Source: Eledone cirrhosa
Taxonomy: Eukaryota
NCBI GenBank assembly: GCA_964016885.1
Contig: OZ024743.1
Coordinates: 196,044,001-196,108,000, forward strand
DNA length: 64,000 bases
Reading direction: 5' to 3'
A program made the position numbers and the translations under genes. A model generated the notes under the pieces. The model was given only the letters and a program-made list of their open reading frames with translations, made no database searches and was not told the origin of the DNA. This document shows positions 12,630 to 26,592 of the stretch, piece by piece (positions within the stretch are counted from its first letter, which is position 1; each line of letters begins with the position of its first letter).

Positions 12630-15600
12630 CGGTAGAACACTGGAAGATAATATCCGTAGTGATAGAGTACTCAGTCCATGGGACGAGTTAGGTAGAAGTA
12701 CGGTTGTCCTTCCTGTTCCGTATAACCATGTCCATTACGAGCTGAGGATCCGCTATGGTAAAGTAACTGTTGTGTAACCACTTCTCTCTCTCTATATATA
12801 TATATAGAAGTGGTTACACAACAGTTAGTTTATATTTATATATATATATATGCATGTGTGTGTTTGTGTGTGAGTGTTCGTGTGTGCGTGTTTGTGTCCA
12901 TGTCTGTGTTTATGTCACGTAACCTAGCGGTTTGGTCACAACATATCGATAACATCAGTACCAGACTTCAAACCATTCGTACTAGGATCTATATAATCAA
13001 ATAAAGTATTTCTTCAATACAATGGCCCAGAATGACTGTCGTCTAATGACTGGATCCTGAAAAAGAGAAAACCTGAGTATAGTTAGTCGAGAGAGTATAG
13101 TTAGTAGATAGAGTGTTATCGAACCCGAAAGGGTGGAAAGCAAAGTTGACCTTACTAGTGTTTGAACGCTGAGAGCAGTGAGTTGGAACAAAGGAACAAA
13201 TGCCACAATGTAATGTGCCCAATGCCCTAATGACAAACTTAACAGTTTTCTAGCAGTAATTATTGATGTGGCATTTCACGATTATGCCCCCCCCCCCCCC
13301 CCCCCGCCCATATATATATATATATTTTTTTTTTTAAAGAGTCCAGACTGATTGCCAAGGACCTTGGCGGCGGTTAACTGGCTGTATCATCAGATGTGGT
13401 CTGTCCAAATAAGGGCATACATTGTTTATCTAATTGTAAAATCTCTTCACATAAGTGTTTTTTATGGAGTGGTTAGAGAGTGGATGTGTGTGTAGATATC
13501 TGGCTTAATGAGTGTTTATATGTATGTTTGCATCTATGTGCGTATCCATGTGTATCTGCCTGGTCGTATATAATTCAATACAACCAATATTCCATGAGAT
13601 CTATCGACAATGTTGTTATCTATGTTATCCTGGTAGTCTTCGAAATTGTATATCTGTAATTCTCTAATTTATGTATTAAATACCCTTTTGTAAAGCAAAG
13701 TGTGATTGGTCCCTATAACCAAAGTCATGAATTGTAATAAAATTTCACTTCAAATACAATGTAAAATAAATCAAAGTTATGGAAAAGGCTAGGATCTCCC
13801 TGAAGCTACGAGTTGATATTCTGTGATAAAAAAAAAAGCTAGAAATATTTGGTGAGATAAAAAAAAAACGTGTGGGAGGAAAATGTATAAATCAGGCTGC
13901 AATTGGTATTTTCTCAATAGACAAAGAACATCAAGATATAATCTAAAGCTTTTAATTTATAGAATCAGTGGGAAAATCAGTTTGACTAGAAATTGAATCT
14001 CTAAGCAAAGCCTTATTGAATATCAACATACGTATCCCTTCAGGAGATTTTAGCTTTCTCTTCATATAAACTTTTATTTTACTTGGAAATGTAAGGCCTA
14101 TATTTAGGAGCCTGTGTACGGTCTATATATTAATATCTGTCTTCATATTCCTGTGGGCATTTTAGCTGATGTAATCATCGATTGTAAATCTGTGTGAATA
14201 ATATAAAATTGAGTTTAACGACGCAGTAACTTTGATAGTAGTAGTAGTAGTAGTAGTAACCACTCTTCTTGTTGCTGATAATGACGTAATTGCTGCCGAA
14301 ACAAAACAAAATATACTCTAAAAATTACTGGCTGCTGTCAAATATTGGAGCAGCTTCAATATATATTTTTTTCCTGAAAATTGTTTCTTTAATAACGAAA
14401 TTTTCATTTCAGTACAGTTTAATTGTTGAAATCGTTTTCCGGGATTTAGTTACTCGTTTGTGCGAACAATTTAAAGATCCTTTACTCAGAAAATAAAAAC
14501 AGACAATAAAAGACAATAAAATAATAAACTGACACTAATCCAATAATAAACCAATAGTGGCTTTGGGAACGATAAAAACAGAAAATTCCGAGAGGTGAGT
14601 TGGTTGTCAATAACTATAGAAAAGTTCCTGCTAAAGATTCAGTTGTGGGAATACGTTTTTACCTCGTTTTCTTCTTCAATCATGCTAAAGTAAAATTCAG
14701 AAGAAGGAAAAGGTGATAAGATTCGTGCAGCAATAAAAATTGATTAATCAGAACGAATGAATTGAGAAGATGGAAAGATAGAAAATAAATAATTATTTCA
14801 ATGTTGATGATTTTAAACTAAAGACACACAAACATGTTCAAAAAGCTTATAATGAGATGGGTCTTGTCTTATTTTAATGCCATGTATCAAATTGCAATTC
14901 CCATGTCTGCTGTAGCATAAACTGAATGTCAAACCCAAACTCTTCAATTTCTACCTTCTTAAAAGACAAATTACATCATCGAAAGAGAAAAATACGGATT
15001 TTTTTTTCCTTCACTTCTAGATTTGTATTGCTTCCACGATTCATTCCATTTGGGGAATGGTAGTTAAGAACTGTAATTCTTTTGTAACAGCGTTCTTTTA
15101 TAATCGGCTAATAAAGCAAAAGGAAAACCAGAAGAAAAAAATTAAAAAAACATTATACGTTATTCAGTAGTGATAAAACATAGAGCAATGTTTTATTGTC
15201 ATTTAGTATGCTTCTCTTTAAGATGAGCGGTCTAAAACGCATATTTCTAATATCAGGAAATTAATGGTTGTATGGTAAAGAGTTTCTTTCCTCGACAAAA
15301 TGCACCAAAATTAATAGATTTGTACAATCTTGCCCAATTTTCTCTGAAAAGTAAGAACGAACTTTGACAAATACATTACAGATGAAATCTTTGTGCTGCA
15401 AAAATAGTGAAATATTCTGATAATACTTCTGTGTGGAGTCGTTAGCTACCGGTAAGCCATTTACCTGACTATATGGCTTTGACATATTATTTAAAACAAC
15501 ATGTAACACTATTGCTACTGATGGTGGGAAAATGGCAAATACTATAGAGCACTAGATTAAATGACTTACATTATTCAGTTAGTCTCCAATCCACATGACA

Positions 15601-18074
15601 TTGAGAGTTAAAAGCATGCCATTGGCGACTTTGCTTTATTTTCTCTGGTCTAACTAACATTTATACTAAATATATAACTGTGTTGATTATAATCACTCCG
15701 TACAAAATGGCTGCTTTTTTACCAAGGTACAAAATCGTTAACCATTAAATTCAAAATGAAAAATAAATATCAATTTGATATCTTTGTCTAAAAATGAGTG
15801 TCACCCAGAGAAAATAGAACAAGCGTAAGTGCCTGTGTGTGTCTCGGTGACAAACTACTTGTATAACGCATTTATTATTTGTTTGTTGTTAGTTCTATAA
15901 AACCAATATACTACTCACAATGACATTTAAACTATTAACCTGGTAGAATTGGATTTTTTCATTGCTGATTAATGGCGATTAAAAGCGGAAAGATTGCGCG
16001 AAGGGAATGCATTCTTGTGGAGGAAATATTTGCAAAAACAAACTATAACATAATATAAATAAAGTATGTGAAACTATGTAAGTGGTGGTTGATGAAAAAG
16101 AGGAGTATTTAGTGTGTAGCTGAATATAACAAGCAAGTACACTAGTGCAATAAAATAATCTGCTTATTGAGCGAAAAACATTTTTTTATGTCTGTGTCAA
16201 GCAATGAATTTAACATACAGAATTATTGTTGCTCAATGGTTTAGAGTATAGAAAACGTTTTGCATAAAGTTCCGTTCTCTTCAGTAAAAGAGGCCTATTT
16301 TCACTCTCAGGGGGAGAAAGGTTACAGTATTGTTGTTCGTTAACCCTAGGTCAACCATGATCAAATAGTCATGCTAAAAGACGTTCTAGCTGTAGGCATT
16401 ATGCTTTTGTTTATATTGTTATCGGTGGCTAAAATGCCCAGTTTTCTCTCTTCATTTAAGATGATATGGTGTGATTTGAGAGTGATCTAGCTATTACATC
16501 TGCCACAAAGAGTGGACAGTCAGATGCAATTACACAGATATTTTTCTATACATTTTCTGGGATGAGGAATTATCATTGTTATAAACTGATATAGTCGGAC
16601 TAGTTTTATAATCATAAAGTTTCAGTCCTTGGGCATTTGTCCTTCTTAAGTTACATCACATGAATGATATCTTTGCTGCTATATTGTCCAACAATACTAG
16701 ATTCCACAAACAATGTAATCATTGTAGTCAGTTTCTTATCCTATTTTCTATCACATTATTAAAGTGCAAGGGGGATGATGCTTGTCTAATTTATATAATC
16801 TCTTGCCTCTCACTTTTGAAGGCCCATTATTCAAAACTAAGATTAAGTGTCTAAATACAGTACTGAACGAGGCTGGGAAATCACTTTCTTTAATTTGAAT
16901 CGTTAATCATTACCCATAGCCTCATAGCTCAACTTCAGTAAAAATTAAGGTGAAAGAAAATATTTCATCCCGAAATCTTTCTTACGATTGCCATTTATTC
17001 AGAAACCTAGAAATAATCTTAATGGTAAACAGAATGCTTATTTAGGTCCACTAAGATTTAGTCATTATACCAATTTTTTACTAAAAGCCTCCAGTGTTAT
17101 AAACATAGCGAAAAGTTTTGTGTAGTTGACAGCCTGTCATTAGTACAATGGAAAATATCTACAAGAAAAAATATTACACGATTTCTTTACTTTTTATCAT
17201 TTGAAATCTTGATGTGAAAACATTACTTACAGAATGAACTGATACTTTGTTATCGCCAAAGAATGGGTGTGAGTTGCTTGTCAACATCTGCTATCAGATA
17301 GTTGGCACTTGATCGATGATGCTGTTCGTTCGTTCAATCGCAGAGATGCCAAAATAACTTCCACTGTGAAAGGAGCAGACAGTTACTGGATTGACCCCCG
17401 GTTAATCTCGGCTGACATATCCATCAAAATTTGCCCCAGAACGAAAATTTCGATAAAAGAAGTGCTGATGCACACGATCAATATAGACAGTTTAAGTGGT
17501 CCTGTGAAAAGAAACACATTGCTACAGACTGCCAATGTGGAACAGAAATTAGCCAAAATATTATCTATAGGAAGGCGATATCTCTCCAAGCAAACGTCAA
17601 GAATTGACTGATAATAAAAGTATAAGAGTACTAATGGATGACTGAAATATGGTTATACACGACCGATATAATAATCTAAATATAAAACATAAAATAACAA
17701 TAGAGTAAAACATAAAGTTACAGACATCAAATGTCACTTGTGATTCGAAGATATATCAAAGGAAGTTTACTAAAGCAAGATGACCGATAGCATTAGTTAC
17801 ATATTTTAGCTGCATAAGATTATTCTAAAGGGTTAGCCTTGGCACAATTATAACAAGTCTGAAGTACAGCAACACGCTGATAGACTACACTGAAACACAT
17901 TTACCAAACTACAGTAAAATAGTAAAATAATGATTGTAGAGCAATCATCAATTGTAGAGCTACCCGTATAACGGAAATGCTTGTATATGTTTATGTTTAA
18001 GTTACGAGGATTCGTTTAAAACGTGATGTTTACATCGCTATTACCGCCATGTAACAATCACAGTTTTAAACTTC

Positions 18075-18297
18075 AGTCCACTCAGCTGGCAAAAATGAGT
18101 TACATCTGTAATTAGAATGGCCAGCCTTGTCACATTCGGTGTGATGCTGAATCTCCCTGCGAACTACGTTAAGGGTACGCGTGTCTGTGGAATGTTCAGC
18201 CTTTTGCACATTAATTTCATGAGCAGGCTGTTACGTTGATCAGAACACCCATCGTTGATCAACTGGAACACTCATCGTTGTAAGCATCGGAGTGTCT
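18075..18297 (+). mobile_element. Fragment of a second abundant octopus-type interspersed repeat or SINE
   Basis: ggccagccttgtcacatt...gaatctccctgcgaactacgttaagggtac was recognised from memory; single copy in this window. Confidence 0.5.
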
Positions 18298-19443
18298 AAA
18301 ATAAAATGCACAATTGGTAGATGGGTTCAGTGGAACTATCTAGCTCGGCATTAGTGAAATAATGGGAATAAATGTGAAAACGTAAACTGGCGTTTTCTAT
18401 TGTAGAAACTATGATAGTCACTCAGAAGTTCAAACTTCATTCTCACCCTTTATATGTAACTTGATGTGATGCCAAATTAATAAAACATTAATTAAAAATA
18501 GTAGATACTATTTGCTTCTTTCATTCAACATTGAAGCAAACTATAGAACAATAAAATACATAACGATAAGCTACATGTTTATCAATAGAACTTGTGTATA
18601 AAAAGTGACAAAATCAATAAAAAGAGCAGTAATATCACAGTAGTAATAACGAATAGACGACAACAAAATAAAATATTTTATCTGCCAAACAATTTTTTAA
18701 TAATAAATAAATACATTTAAATTTAATTTAAAGTTTGTAAGTTAAGGCAATAGTAAACACGTTTCTATATTTGTATTTCCTAGAAGCTAAGATAAAACAT
18801 TATTTTTAACGTTATCATCGAAGTATCTAAAACTATAACACATCTTTACAAAGATAAGATTCTATGCTCTGATAAGTAGCGCTAAGATAAGATTCCATAA
18901 CGTTAGATTGGTTATTATTTGAAAGATTTTTTAAAATAAAAAACATGTTAGTTTCGAAATACATCGACTACATAGTTGTATTCATGATACTTGTAAATGA
19001 CGATGGACATAGGAATTTGTGAGACTATAGGTACACTAAAGTGTGGACGGCTGAAATTTGGAACGATATGGGAAACACTAGAAGTGCGAGCCCATCCCAT
19101 GAAACACTGAAATGTAGGTGAATACCGCCCCTCTATGTAGAACTACATTTCCAGGATTGCGCGTAAACTCTCAAATTGAAAGTGGATATATGTGTTAAGG
19201 ATACAACTTGAGAGAGATTTCCAAAAAATGAAGGTTTTCAAAATCTCTCTTACTTCATCTTAATTACATAATCCCATGTGTGTGTGTGTGATTTTTTGAT
19301 TTTTTTCGTGAACATGACGGACTTTGTTGTCTCTTGAGGTCACTGGTTGTGACTTGGTAATAAGTTGTATGAAAATAATGCAAAATAAATGAAATGACAA
19401 TTATTTATATATATATATATATATTGTTATACTTGGGGAGGGT

Positions 19444-19727
19444 CATATTGTTATAATATTGCCTGCCAGAAATATAACAGAACACACACACTGTTTGGTT
19501 GGGTTGGTTTTCGCTTGTGTATTTTTTATATCTCCATAGTTAATTTATTTGGAAATCAATGTTTATATATATATATATATATCAATGTATTGGTCAATCA
19601 ATGATAAACATTAATTGCCAGCTAAAATTAACTATAGGGATATAATATATACGGAAGCGAAAACAAACACAAACCAAAACAGTAAGTGTATTTTATTATC
19701 CATTTCTGGCAATATTATAACAATATG
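19444..19727. repeat. Imperfect inverted repeat (old fold-back, MITE or PLE remnant)
   Basis: catattgttataatattgcc...ggcaatattataacaatatg; arms of about 120 bp around a TA spacer. Confidence 0.65.
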
Positions 19728-19845
19728 AGTTCAAATCCAGCCGAGGTTAACTTTGCCTTTCATCCTTACGGGGTCGATAAAATAAAGTACCAGTAATGTA
19801 CTAGTTAATTGCTGGCATTGTGCCAAAAGTAGAAACAATTATAAC
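19725..19845 (+). mobile_element. 5'-truncated SINE
   Basis: B box plus SINE core and tail. Confidence 0.85.
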
Positions 19846-19874
19846 AATATGAGACTCCCCCAAATATAAAAATG

Positions 19875-19911
<37 letters not shown>

Positions 19912-19918
<7 letters not shown>

Positions 19919-20706
19919 TAAAGTGGTCCTTCATCAGTGATCTTCCAACCATCATCGGTATTTCTTCGCTTTAAAGACCATATACCTCCGGTTGGTGCGA
20001 GCAACGGCTAAAGAAAGTCGCTGGGACGCGTAAATAAAGGGAACAGCGAGAGTGTAAACAAACAAATATGGTGAAGCAACGAAAAGTGAGGAAGAACGAG
20101 TCAAGTCCCAAATTTCCATGAATATAAGTTCGGTGAAATCGTGAACGAGAGAGAATAAAGACCAACAAACCTGGTTGAAATGTGAGCAAGGAAGGAATTC
20201 CGCACAGGTCTAACGGGAGGAAGAAGGGGTCTAGTCCGTGAATGAATTCGGTGAACATAAGTTCTGTGAAATCGTAGACGAGAGAGAGAAAAAAGGCGAA
20301 CCGGCCTGGTCAAGCGTGCGAAAGAAAAGAATTACGCACAGGTCAAACGGGAGGAAGAAGGGGTCTAGTCCGTGAATGAATTCGGTGAACATAAGTTCTG
20401 TGAAATCGTAGACGAGAGAGAGAAAAAAGGCGAACCGGCCTAGTCAAGCGTGCGAAAGAAAAGAATTACGCACAGGTCAAACGGGAAGCTGGAGGAGCAG
20501 GAGAGGTAGTAACAGAGAGTGAAGTCAGGAAGAGGCTAACAGAGAGAGTGACTGTTAGAGAGGGTAAAGATACAAAGAAAGAGGAAGCAGTAAGAACGAA
20601 ATAGACGGGTCACAGCGGGGGGAAAAATATGTGTAAATATGAGAATAAACGTGCTGCGGAGTTGCATATGGGTTACATATGAATAAAGTGGTCCTTCATC
20701 AGTGAT
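19912..20706 (-). mobile_element. Non-coding element bounded by about 30-bp direct repeats, with an internal 134-bp tandem repeat
   Basis: atatgaataaagtggtccttcatcagtgat at both ends; gcacaggtc at 20202, 20336 and 20470; (TA)n flanks. Confidence 0.55.
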
Positions 20707-20711
20707 ATATA

Positions 20712-21196
20712 TATATCAACTAGAAATAGATTGACACATATATATATATAAAATAAACACATGAAACAATCTCAGGGAATAATTTGTAAAGTATGTAAGC
20801 ACACATAGCTAGGTAGGTAACTAATTAAAGTTTAACTAAAACTTCAAATATAGATACCTTTTAAAGTGATTAATCTCCTTTGTATATATTTCTTTAAATA
20901 ACAAATATATTTCACCAATTAACCAGTAAATCACAGCGGTCAAATCCCGGATGGTCACCAAAGGAGAAGATCCAACCATCTGCGTTTACACATCAAATGC
21001 AAATCTGTGAATGACTCGAATGACGTGTTGCATTTTATAAAAGTGGCGTGAATAGGATTATCGACAGCTAGAAATAGCAGCCGAGTCCATTCAAGCTATG
21101 TGTGTTTACACACTTTACAAATTATTCCCTGAGATTGTTTAATGTGTTTATTTTATATATATATATATATGTGTCAATCTACTTCTAGTTGATATA
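20712..21196. repeat. Inverted repeat with about 100-bp arms
   Basis: 20712-20810 is the reverse complement of about 21095-21196. Confidence 0.75.
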
Positions 21197-21289
21197 AAAT
21201 GCTCGGATCTATTCATTGGAATCTTTGAGCTTATTCTGCAGTGAATATAGCGCATGTCTCTCAGACATGACAATCTTAATTTAATTTTG

Positions 21290-21346
<57 letters not shown>

Positions 21347-21497
21347 ACACGGGTGTGTGTGATTGTGTATAGAAGATTATATTAATAAAAGGAATACCAA
21401 CTTTGTCTGATTTACTCGTTTTATTTACAATCCTTTAAAATTTATAATGGTATTATAATGAAATAGTATGATACAATATTAAATGTTAAGTGTTAAT

Positions 21498-21536
21498 TGA
21501 ACAAGTACTTTCATGCTTTCGCAATCTTCAGGTTCA
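21498..21536 (-). ncRNA. Minimal type I HHR
   Basis: Minus strand reads tgaac-CTGAAGA-t tgc gaaa gca t-GAAA-gtac-TT-gttca. Palindromic stem III AGTACT. Confidence 0.75.
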
Positions 21537-21649
21537 TAATGTGTGGTGACAGTCAAGTTTGCAATTTTCAACTGTGAAAATTGCAAACTTGAGAGTCAGT
21601 AGAAACAGAGGTTTATTAGTTTCATGCTCTTCAGAGTGGGGGTGGGAAC

Positions 21650-21677
21650 GACGTTTCGGGCATAAGCCCTTCTTCAG
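21650..21677 (-). ncRNA. HHR core (stem I not evident); degenerate inverted copy at 25221-25248 +
   Basis: CTGAAGA-agggc ttat gccc-GAAA-cg-TC. Confidence 0.55.
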
Positions 21678-22379
21678 GAGAAAAGTGGGTGGGAAGAGAG
21701 TTCCGAGGGTGTGTGGGGGAGTGGTGGAGAGACATTTAGAAAAAGGGGGAGAGAAAAGGGAGGAAAACAGTGGAAGAGGTAGAAATAAAAATTAAAATAA
21801 ACATAAAGATAAACAAGCGGTGGAAGGGTGTGGTGTGTGTAGGGGTGGTGGCGGGTGGAGTAGGGAGAGGGAGGCGGGGAGGGCTGAAGGTGGGGTTTGT
21901 GTATGTGTCTAGGTGTACGTGTGTGTGTGTGTGTGTATGTGAATGTGAAAGTTGGGGGCAGAACGAGGTTCCATGTTCAGGAAAATGTGTGTGTGGGGTG
22001 TAGGTCGGTGTGTGGGTGCGTGTGGATGGGGAGGGGTCAGAGGGTGGAGGAGATTGTGTGTGAGGATTCGGGAGGCTGAGTGTGTATATGTGGGGGTACG
22101 CACGTGTGTGTTGTTGTTTATACGTGGTGTGGATATAGGTGGCGTGGTTCGAAAAAAAATTGTGAGTGTATGTCCGTGGGTAAGTTCCTAAGGTAGTTCC
22201 GTAGAGTGTGCAATCAGTTGCTAGATAGTTTTCATGTTATGGAGTGAATAGCTGGAACGATGACCGGTGGTATGTAATCCATTGGTTGTGGGGTGCGCGC
22301 GCAACAGGAAGTGGTCAGAGGGTCAAGGCAGGATGAAGGGATAGCAGTAGAGGAGAATGACAGGTGGAGAAAGTCAGTG

Positions 22380-25036
22380 TGTGCTGAGGAATGTGCGTCT
22401 GTGTGTGATAGTGGGGGATATGTGTGTGTGGGGGGAAACAGGGCGGTCGAAGGATAAAGGAATAGGGGTGGGGAGTTCAGGCCGGGGTATGTGTGGGTCT
22501 GTAGGGTGAAAATGATGCGTTGTTAGACCGTGAGGTGGGTGGCGGGTGTTCCGTGGCATTGGAGTAGGTCACAGACTGTGAGGTGGTGGGCGGAATGTCC
22601 AGGGGGAGCCAAAGTGGCGGGCGATGGAGGAACTACCGCCGAAACGAATATCCCGGAGGTGTTCAGTGAAACGGTCCGCCAGGCGAAGTCCAGTCTGTCC
22701 GACGTAGGTTGCGCTGCACACCGTGCAGCGAGGTCCATAGAATAGGTTGGAGGAGGTGCAGCGGAAGGCGTGCCGGACAAAGAGAGAGTGACCGCTGGGA
22801 CCCTGGAAGGTGGTGGTGTTGGTGATGTGGGGGCAAGTGTAGCAACGAGGCCTGGAGCAGGGAAGGGAACCGGGGGAGGGGAGCTGCGGATGAGGAGGGT
22901 GCGGAGATTGCGTGTTTGAAGGAGAGGAGGGGTGGAGAAGGGAAGATGTGGGAGGTGGAGGGGTCGGACTGGAAGCGTCGGAAGAGGTGGAGGATGGTGC
23001 GGTGGAGGGGTGGTAGGTGATGGGGAAGCGGAGATGGTGGGTGTGCGGTGGCGTGGTGTGCAGGTGGTGGAGCGGTGGACAGCACGGGCGCGAGTGAGGG
23101 CGTAGTGGACGAGGGAGGGGGGATAAACTCTGCGGATGAAATGGCTGACTAGGGAAAGGGCCTGGGACTCAAAGTCAGCATCTCGGCTGCAGAGGCGACG
23201 GATCCGGAGGAGTTGGGAGTAGGGAATAGAGTGTTTTGTTTGTGTGGGGGGGGAGGAGGTGAAGTCGAAGTAGGAGTGGGAGTCGGTGGGTTTGAAGAAA
23301 GCGGAGGTGACGAGGGAGTGGTGGGAGGGGTCGATGGCGACGGAGATGTCTAAGAAGTGGACGTGGGTGGTGGAGATAGAGGTGGTGAAGTGGAGGGAGG
23401 TGTGGAAGGAGCAGAAGAAGGAGAGAAAGGAGTCGAGCTGTTCTCGGATGAGGGTCGTGGCTCCGATACAGTCGTCGATATAACGACCGTACAGTTCGGG
23501 CGTGGGGCCAGTGTACTGGGCAAAGATTTGGGCCTCAACATGGCCAACGAAAAGGTTGACATAGTTTGGGCCCATTCTTGTGCCCATGGCTACCCCCGTG
23601 ACCTGTTGGTAAAACTCACGCAAGAAGGAGAAACAGTTGAGGGTGATGACCAGCTCGGTGAGGCGAAGGAGGGTGGGTTGAGTGGATGGGGGAGGGGGAG
23701 GGGCGAAGGTCGAAGTAGTGCCTGAGGGCACGTAGGCTGTCGGCGTGGGGTATGACAGTATAAAGCGACTTGATATCTAGGGTGAAGAAGATGGGGTGTG
23801 GGTCGGGTGGGTAAGTGAAGGAGTCGAACAGTCGAAGGGCGTGGTTGGTATCGGAGATGTGGGTGGGGAGGAGGGTAGTGACGAGGGGGCGAGGATGGAG
23901 TCAAGACAGGCGGAGATGAGTTTGTTGGGGCTGCTGGGGTTGTCGGGTTTGGGGAGTTTGGGGAGAAAGTAGATAGTAAGGGTGTGGGAGGAGGGAGGAG
24001 GAGGAGCGGTGGGAAGGAGGAGGGAGGAGGAGACAAGGTGTTGGATGGTGGAGGAAACTTGTTGGTAGAGGGTGTGGCGTCGGAGGGTAGAGGGAGGGCT
24101 TCGGCCGTGTAGAGGTCAGCGCTCCACAACCACCACGGCGCCTCCCTTGTCCACCGGTTTGATGACGATGTCATCTCGGCTACGGAGGGAGCGGAGAGCG
24201 AGGAGTTCGCCCCATGAGATGTTATGCCGTTTGGAACGATGGCGGAATTCGAAGCGATTTACTGCGCTATGGCAGACGTCAACGAACGCATCCAGGGTGC
24301 TAAATTGCCCTGGTGCCGGCGTCCAAGACGATGTTCGTCGGCCCAGGGCGAGAAACGGGTCTGGGGCGTTCGGAGCCGGTGGCGTTTGATGAAAATGTGC
24401 CTTTAGCTTCGTGCGTCGCACGAATCGCTCGACTTCCGTTCGGGTGCGGAACTCGTCGTTGTGCGGGGTATGGGGTGTGAAGCGAAGGCCTCTACTGTGA
24501 AGAGAACGCTCAGGTGCGGAGAGGGAGGTCAGGGGTATGGTGACAATAAGTGGCGTGTGATTTTGGTGTGTGAAGGTGGAAGGGAGGGTGTGGTGGGGGT
24601 GAGGCGGGGATGTGTAGATGAGGTATGGGTGTGGGGTGGGGGAGTTGAGTGTGCGGTGGAGAGTGGTGGGGAGGGGGGGTGGAAAGTGGTGGTAGGGAGG
24701 AGTGAGTGTAGTTTAAGGGCTTTCGTGGAGAAGAGGTCGTGGTGGAGGTTTGGGATGAAAAGGAGGATGGAGTGGGCGAGGAGGAGATGGCATACGGAGT
24801 TAAGGCGGCGGAGGGTAGGGGTCCGTTTGTAGTCAAGGTTGCGGATGGTGGAGAGGGAGGAGCGGAGGGAGTTGCGCATTAGGAGGCGCGAGGATCGGGT
24901 GAGGATACGTTGGGTGGAGGGGGAACCAGAGGTGGAGGTGGAGGCAGCGGCTGAGGAAATGGATGTAGCTGGAGCGGGTGAGGAAAAGTTTGAGGCGGGT
25001 GTGGAGTTGGTGGAGAAAAGATCTCAGGCTGGGCAT
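22380..25036 (-). pseudogene. PLE reverse transcriptase + GIY-YIG endonuclease, multiply frameshifted
   Basis: Motifs HNISWGE..IKPVDKGGAVVV, QVTGVAMGTRMGPNY, RYIDD, FLDI, FKPTDSHSY; Cys linker CSRPRCYTC; CTVCSATYVGQT..LADRFTEH. Confidence 0.9.
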
Positions 25037-25347
25037 GGTGGGCGTGGAGTTAAAGCAGGGGGAGGAAGGAGAAGGGAAGTGTGTATTGCTGGGGTGGAAC
25101 GAACGGGTGAGTGCGAAAGGGTATGTATATATTTTTCTAAATGTCTCCCCCACTTTTTTCTAAATGTCTCTCCCCACTCCCCTACACACCCTTGGAACTC
25201 TCTTCCCACACACTTTTCGCCTGAAGAAGGGCTTATGCCCGAAACGATTCCCCCCCACCCCCACCCATCCACCCCGCACTCTCAAGAGCGTGAAACTAAT
25301 AGACCTTTGTTCGTACTGCCTCTCTGTTTTGTTCCCGTTCCAGTTTT

Positions 25348-25395
<48 letters not shown>

Positions 25396-25443
25396 CAAAA
25401 GTATGAAGAATAACATGGTCGGCTGTACGACAGGGTTTATTTA

Positions 25444-25554
25444 CAGTATTAACAATCGTTTCTTTAATCGGCTGAGTCTAAAAGCCGCCGATCGTTAGAA
25501 GTACGTCACTCGACTTTAACTACATCGATACTCGATCAAATCGTCAGAATACTG
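25444..25554 (-). ncRNA. HHR with extended stem II (mirror copy 25993-26094 +)
   Basis: cagtatt-CTGACGA-tttgatcg...cgattaaa-GAAA-cgattg-TT-aatactg. Confidence 0.75.
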
Positions 25555-25694
25555 ATTTATCATTCTTTATGACCTTTTACTTTTTATTCTTTATTTCGCC
25601 AATTAATGAATTTAACCCACTATATTGGAATGGCGCCAATATACCATTTTATGACTGACCAGTATCTTGCCTACCACATTATTTCTTCCCCCAC

Positions 25695-25822
25695 GGCCCT
25701 TTCCATTATGAGTTGAAATCCCGCCGAGGTTGACTTTGCCTTTCATCATTACGGGTCGATAAAATAAAGTACCAGTAATGTACTGAGTAATTGCTGGCCT
25801 TGTGCCAAAAGTAGAAACAATT
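25695..25822 (+). mobile_element. SINE (5'-truncated)
   Basis: SINE core and tail. Confidence 0.85.
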
Positions 25823-26157
25823 ATTATTGTTATTATTATTGTCATCACTATTTTACGCTTCTATCCACTCACCTCTATAACCATTACTACTACCACTACT
25901 ACTATTATTATCATTAACCTTATTAATACTATTATTATTGTTGTTCTCCCATGTATCTATAAATACCAGTGCCCTGTGTTATATGCAGATCAGTATTCTG
26001 ACGATTTGATCGGGTATCGACTGTAATTAAGATCGAGTGACGTAACGATCAGCGGCTTTTAGACTCACCCTATTAAAGAAACAGTTGTTAATACAGTAAT
26101 GAAACCCTATTGTACAGTCGACCATGTCATTCTTCATTCTTTTGCTATTATTACTCC

Positions 26158-26322
26158 AAAGTTAACCTCGGCGAGATTTGAACTAAGAACGGCCCTTGCC
26201 ATTATGAGTTCAAATCCCGCCGAGGTTAACTTTGCCTTTCATCCTTACGGGGTCTATAAAATAAAGTACCAGTAATGTACTGGTTAATTGCTGGTCTTGT
26301 GCCAAAAGTAGAAACAATTATT
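26158..26322 (+). mobile_element. SINE with a short inverted 5' fragment
   Basis: 26158-26189 is the reverse complement of the B-box region; the core follows. Confidence 0.8.
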
Positions 26323-26480
26323 ACTCCAAGAACCGCGTGCCTGGGAACTTTCTTAAACCGGCCAGCCGACTAAGGAAACTTCTTGTTGAGTTAAACAACG
26401 CCGTACGCTAAAACTGTCCTTGACACAGAGTACTCATAACCTCTAGCTGGATTACCTTAAACGATACCTTGTTATCCAAT

Positions 26481-26592
<112 letters not shown>

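Larger units (their letters stand above)
21345..25350 (-). mobile_element. Penelope-like retroelement (Neptune-like), degraded, with an inverted 5' pLTR
   Basis: RT and GIY-YIG motifs on minus; 25135-25330 is an inverted copy of 21590-21750; HHR cores; (TA)n/(GA)n flanks. Confidence 0.9.
25393..26147. mobile_element. Palindromic PLE remnant with a SINE inserted in the spacer
   Basis: Inverted arms 25393-25556 and 25989-26147, each with an HHR. Confidence 0.75.

Noticed and set aside
15261-17611. ORFs 15261-15509 and 17309-17611/17383-17589 with splice-like signals
   Set aside because: No recognisable homology, and stops occur in the candidate frames.
20090-20490. CRISPR-like array
   Set aside because: It is a plain 134-bp tandem repeat without unique spacers, in a eukaryotic context.
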